Source of the DNA: Parasitella parasitica NRRL 2501
Lineage: Eukaryota > Fungi > Mucoromycota
Assembly: GCA_025201805.1 (NCBI GenBank)
Contig: MU619314.1
Span: forward strand, 1-64,000
Length of the DNA stretch: 64,000 nt
Reading direction: 5' to 3'
The translations under genes and the position numbers were made by a program. Numbering within the stretch: position 1 is the first letter of the stretch; each line of letters opens with the position of its first letter. This document shows, one piece after another, positions 60,727 through 64,000 of the stretch. The notes under the pieces are model-generated. The model did not search any database, was not told the origin of the DNA, and saw nothing but the letters and a program-made list of their open reading frames with translations.

Positions 60727-61989
60727 TATACGTGCTTGACTAGCAACAGCGTCTGTTCATACACCAAGAAGTTCAATGAATGTATTGGAAATGCTCGGAT
60801 TAACGTCACTGTGATGCCTCTGTAAAATCCACATAGGCCATTCCGACTATTTATGTCTCGCACGCAATCCATCGCATTTTTATAGGTTGGATTGGGTGAT
60901 AGAATCTCTTTTTGGATCAATGTTTTCACTAAATCAAGCGGGAACACCACAATCCAGCACATGATGCCACAAATACCTCCAGCCAGAAATTGCGTTAATG
61001 GTCCTGCCGATGCACTTTTATTGCCACTTAATAAATATTTTGTAGTTTCATATCCACCAAAGTAAACGCCAGTTCCGATTGTATCTCGAACTATGGAGCA
61101 GAGGAAATCAGCATGTTGTGTTCTTATTGTAGTCTCCCACTATACTTTACCTAGATGCAGCCTGAATCCACTGTAGAGTCCGGTTATACCCTTTTTTCTT
61201 AGTATCTCCCTAGCAGAATGCCAGCTCGATGTGGATGTATATGGAGGCTGCGGTGATGGTTTTTTGACAATGATGGGTGGTATAGCGGTGGGTTTTACTG
61301 GTAGGCCAGCTCCCACTGTTGTTTTGTTGACAATAGTCGGCTTGATTTCGTTTGGGAATGGCATGACAGTAACTCCTCCTGATATGCTACTCGTCTGCAG
61401 TAATAAGAATTCCAGCTGCTTTTGTACTTTGACCAGTTCGAATGGACAACTTAGTGTGGCAATGAATGCGCCGCTCACTGCGCCTGCTAATGTCGAAACT
61501 CCCATGGTTGAGAGCATTGTGTTTTGGTCAAAGACCGCTGGGTAGTGGCTCTTGCAGTATATTTTGGAATTTTCATAGACGGAAAATGATATTGATTTGA
61601 TGATGCTGACAGTAATCAGTGGCGGTATGACGCCTCTGAAAAACCCTCGCACGCCTTCCTCGCTGTAAGTCTGTTTGATACATGCCGCCATGGAATTATA
61701 ATGCTGTGTCTGTAGTCTGGTTTTGATCGAGTCAAACTAGAGGGGCATTTCATGTTAGCTTTATTGCTGTTGTCAATTGAATTTCGCTCTATAATTACTG
61801 GATATCCAGAAACAACGCCAACTACAGCGGCTGCAGATGCCGCAATAATGGTTCTGTTTGCTAGAAGAAGACGCTCACACAATTAGATGCAGTATATGAA
61901 ATCGCGTTATTTTAACTACCCCACAAAACTTCTTTATATATCGATTGAAATGGCAAGGGATGAAGCTTCCTCGAGTCTTCTTGAGACAT
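60717..61989 (-). CDS. Mitochondrial carrier (SLC25; carnitine/ornithine-carrier-like, YMC-like)
   Basis: Three carrier signatures (GYPFDSIKTRLQ, CPFELVKVQKQ, FPLDLVKTLIQ); GFYRGITVTLIRAFP. ATG at 61989 follows an acceptor-like poly(T)-ACAG. Confidence 0.92.
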
Positions 61990-61990
61990 C

Positions 61991-61993
<3 letters not shown>

Positions 61994-62049
<56 letters not shown>
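61994..62049 (+). repeat. 56-nt poly(A) tract
   Basis: Seen directly; forms the pyrimidine tract in front of the carrier ATG on the minus strand. Confidence 0.95.
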
Positions 62050-62051
<2 letters not shown>

Positions 62052-62781
62052 TGTATACAAACAAAGATTAGGCATGATGATATTTGGTGGGAGAAATCTT
62101 GACAATAGGTGCGCATAGTAAAATGCCCAACATGAAAGTTACTCTTTCCAGTAGAGTAACCATCGATTATCGCCCAGAGCTGTAAAAAAAAAACAGGGAG
62201 ATTTGGTGCTATCCAACATCACGATGTGTAGGTTCTTTTATGTCCAAGGACTTTTCAACAGTGAGGAGCCACAGATAAAAAGTAACCACATGCCAAAGGA
62301 TCTGCATTACTGTAATACCGATTTTTTTTTATTACGCACACTCCATTTTGCGAAAAGGAAACGGCATGTTTAATGTTAATGCTTGAACAGCGGCAGAGAG
62401 TAATTTTGTCTGACTAGATCAAGTTCAACGTTTAGGCTGCGATAGATGAGTCTGAGCAATTGTGAGAGACACCACCCAAATCATGCCAAGCAAACTGTAA
62501 AGTTTAGATATTGGCTCTGTGTTGATTCGAGGGGGTTTGACTTTTGGCCCAAAGTCCTGACCTCACCCTCTAATCAAAGATAGTTATAGCAATACTCGAT
62601 ACTTTTGAAATAAACACGCTTTAGCCTTCAAAACTTGAGAATCCAAAAACGTTCTCCTGGCAAGTTTGCTTGGAGATGTTATATGGCTTTTTTTCGTATC
62701 ACGGTATATTATGTGACCGCAGGATGTCTTCAGCTGTTTCTTCTCTTTACCGTATCGCCTTTGGTAACAAAAAAAAAGCGC

Positions 62782-63900
62782 ATGAACACAGAAGAGATAA
62801 ACAGCATAGCCCGCAAACTAACGCAACAATGGACAAGTCTTATTAAAAGCCGAATGCAAGCACCACCAAATGCCCAAGAAAAAGCTTTTATGAGGCAATT
62901 GGAAACCAACGGCGGCGTCGTGTTTCAATACGAAAATCAGGAGCTACTGGTAAGGATATGGCTCAAATATTCAGCGTGTGCGTAATTTGATGGTGTATGC
63001 ATCAGAACAAGGCACTGGAACTGATACCACTACAGCGACTCTATGAAGAAGCTGAAGTCAGTCTGGAAGAGCAAGCCGGCGAAGGATCCCTGGAAGATTT
63101 AGTTATTCAAAGACTATTGCATTGGTTTAAGAACGAGTTCTTTATGTGGGTGAATCACCCGCCTTGTGATTACTGTCAAAACGTAGGCGAATAAGCATGT
63201 TTATGAAAGAAAGAGAAACTGACGTTCTTCTATCAGACGCAAACTCGCGGAATCAATCGGTTGCAGCCCACACATGAAGAGTTGCGCTTTGGTGCAGGAA
63301 TGGTAGAAGGGTATCACTGCCCATCGTGCGATCGGGTTACACGTTTTCCTCGCTACAAGTAAATTAATGAGTGTATAATTTCGCCACGAGCTAATATATA
63401 TGTATATATATTTGCAGTGATCCTGGCAGATTGCTCGAAACTAGACGAGGGCGTTGTGGAGAATGGGCTAATGTATACGATGGCAAGATAAACGAGATAA
63501 ATATACTGAAAACAAAGAGATATTTAGTGCTTTACATTGTGCTGCCGAGCGGTTGGTTCTGAGGCTCGTATTGTGTACGATACAACAGACCATGTATGGA
63601 CAGAAGTATATTCTGAATACGAACAACGATGGATTCATTGTGATTCATGCGAGGAGGCATGGGACAGAGTAGGTTTAAATGAGACATGTGCATCGCGCTG
63701 GTGGCTAACAGATGATGAGAAACTGTAGCCTTTGCTTTATAGTGTAGGATGGAGCAAGCAACTAAGTTACTGCACAGCCTTCTCAATCGATGAAGCGCTC
63801 GATGTGACGAAAAGATACACTAGAAACTGGCCGCAAGTGCTAAAGAGGCGCACTAAAATACACGAAGCAAGGTTGGCTATGGTGAGTTGGTGTCATGATC

Positions 63901-63932
<32 letters not shown>

Positions 63933-64000
63933 GATATTAATCATCATTTGGATCAGTTTTTGGAGGAATTGACAGCTAAACGTCAACAGCACTTGGATCA
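62782..64000 (+). CDS. PNG1: Peptide:N-glycanase Png1 (3' end beyond window)
   Basis: [59 protein letters not shown]; catalytic Cys-His-Asp intact. Confidence 0.95.
63900..63932 (+). repeat. (GA)n microsatellite in a PNG1 intron
   Basis: Seen directly. Confidence 0.9.

Overview
AT-rich, intron-containing fungal genomic DNA. The short introns, gene set and repeat types are most consistent with a Mucorales (Mucoromycota) genome; this is an inference. The window holds about 16 intact protein-coding genes: VPS4, an Mpe1/RBBP6-like zinc-knuckle/RING protein, a CLPTM1-like protein, an ICE2/NARG2-like protein, the PMA1 H+-ATPase, a DH-only RhoGEF, a TPR protein, SEC15, SPF31/DNAJC8, a PNUTS/Ref2-like PP1 regulator, an MFS transporter, CDC24, a GH3 beta-glucosidase, PARN, a mitochondrial carrier and PNG1 (runs off the end). 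It also has one orphan ORF, a decayed HSC20/JAC1 copy, two tRNA genes (Leu-CAA, Gln-CTG) and a dead DD34E Tc1/IS630 transposon. Two graveyards of nested TG...CA solo-LTR-like elements (0-3.1 kb and 26.4-31.3 kb) carry readable 5-bp target-site duplications. Most notable: (i) every copy of one LTR family appears to carry a nested insertion, and one copy abuts a tRNA; (ii) a fungal ICE2-like gene and a DWNN-less Mpe1-like gene lie near PNUTS, SPF31 and PARN; (iii) four GC-AG introns share an atypical T|GCAAGTA donor; (iv) the JAC1 pseudogene overlaps its convergent neighbour. Exon boundaries were read by eye, and family calls rest on motif recognition, not database searches.
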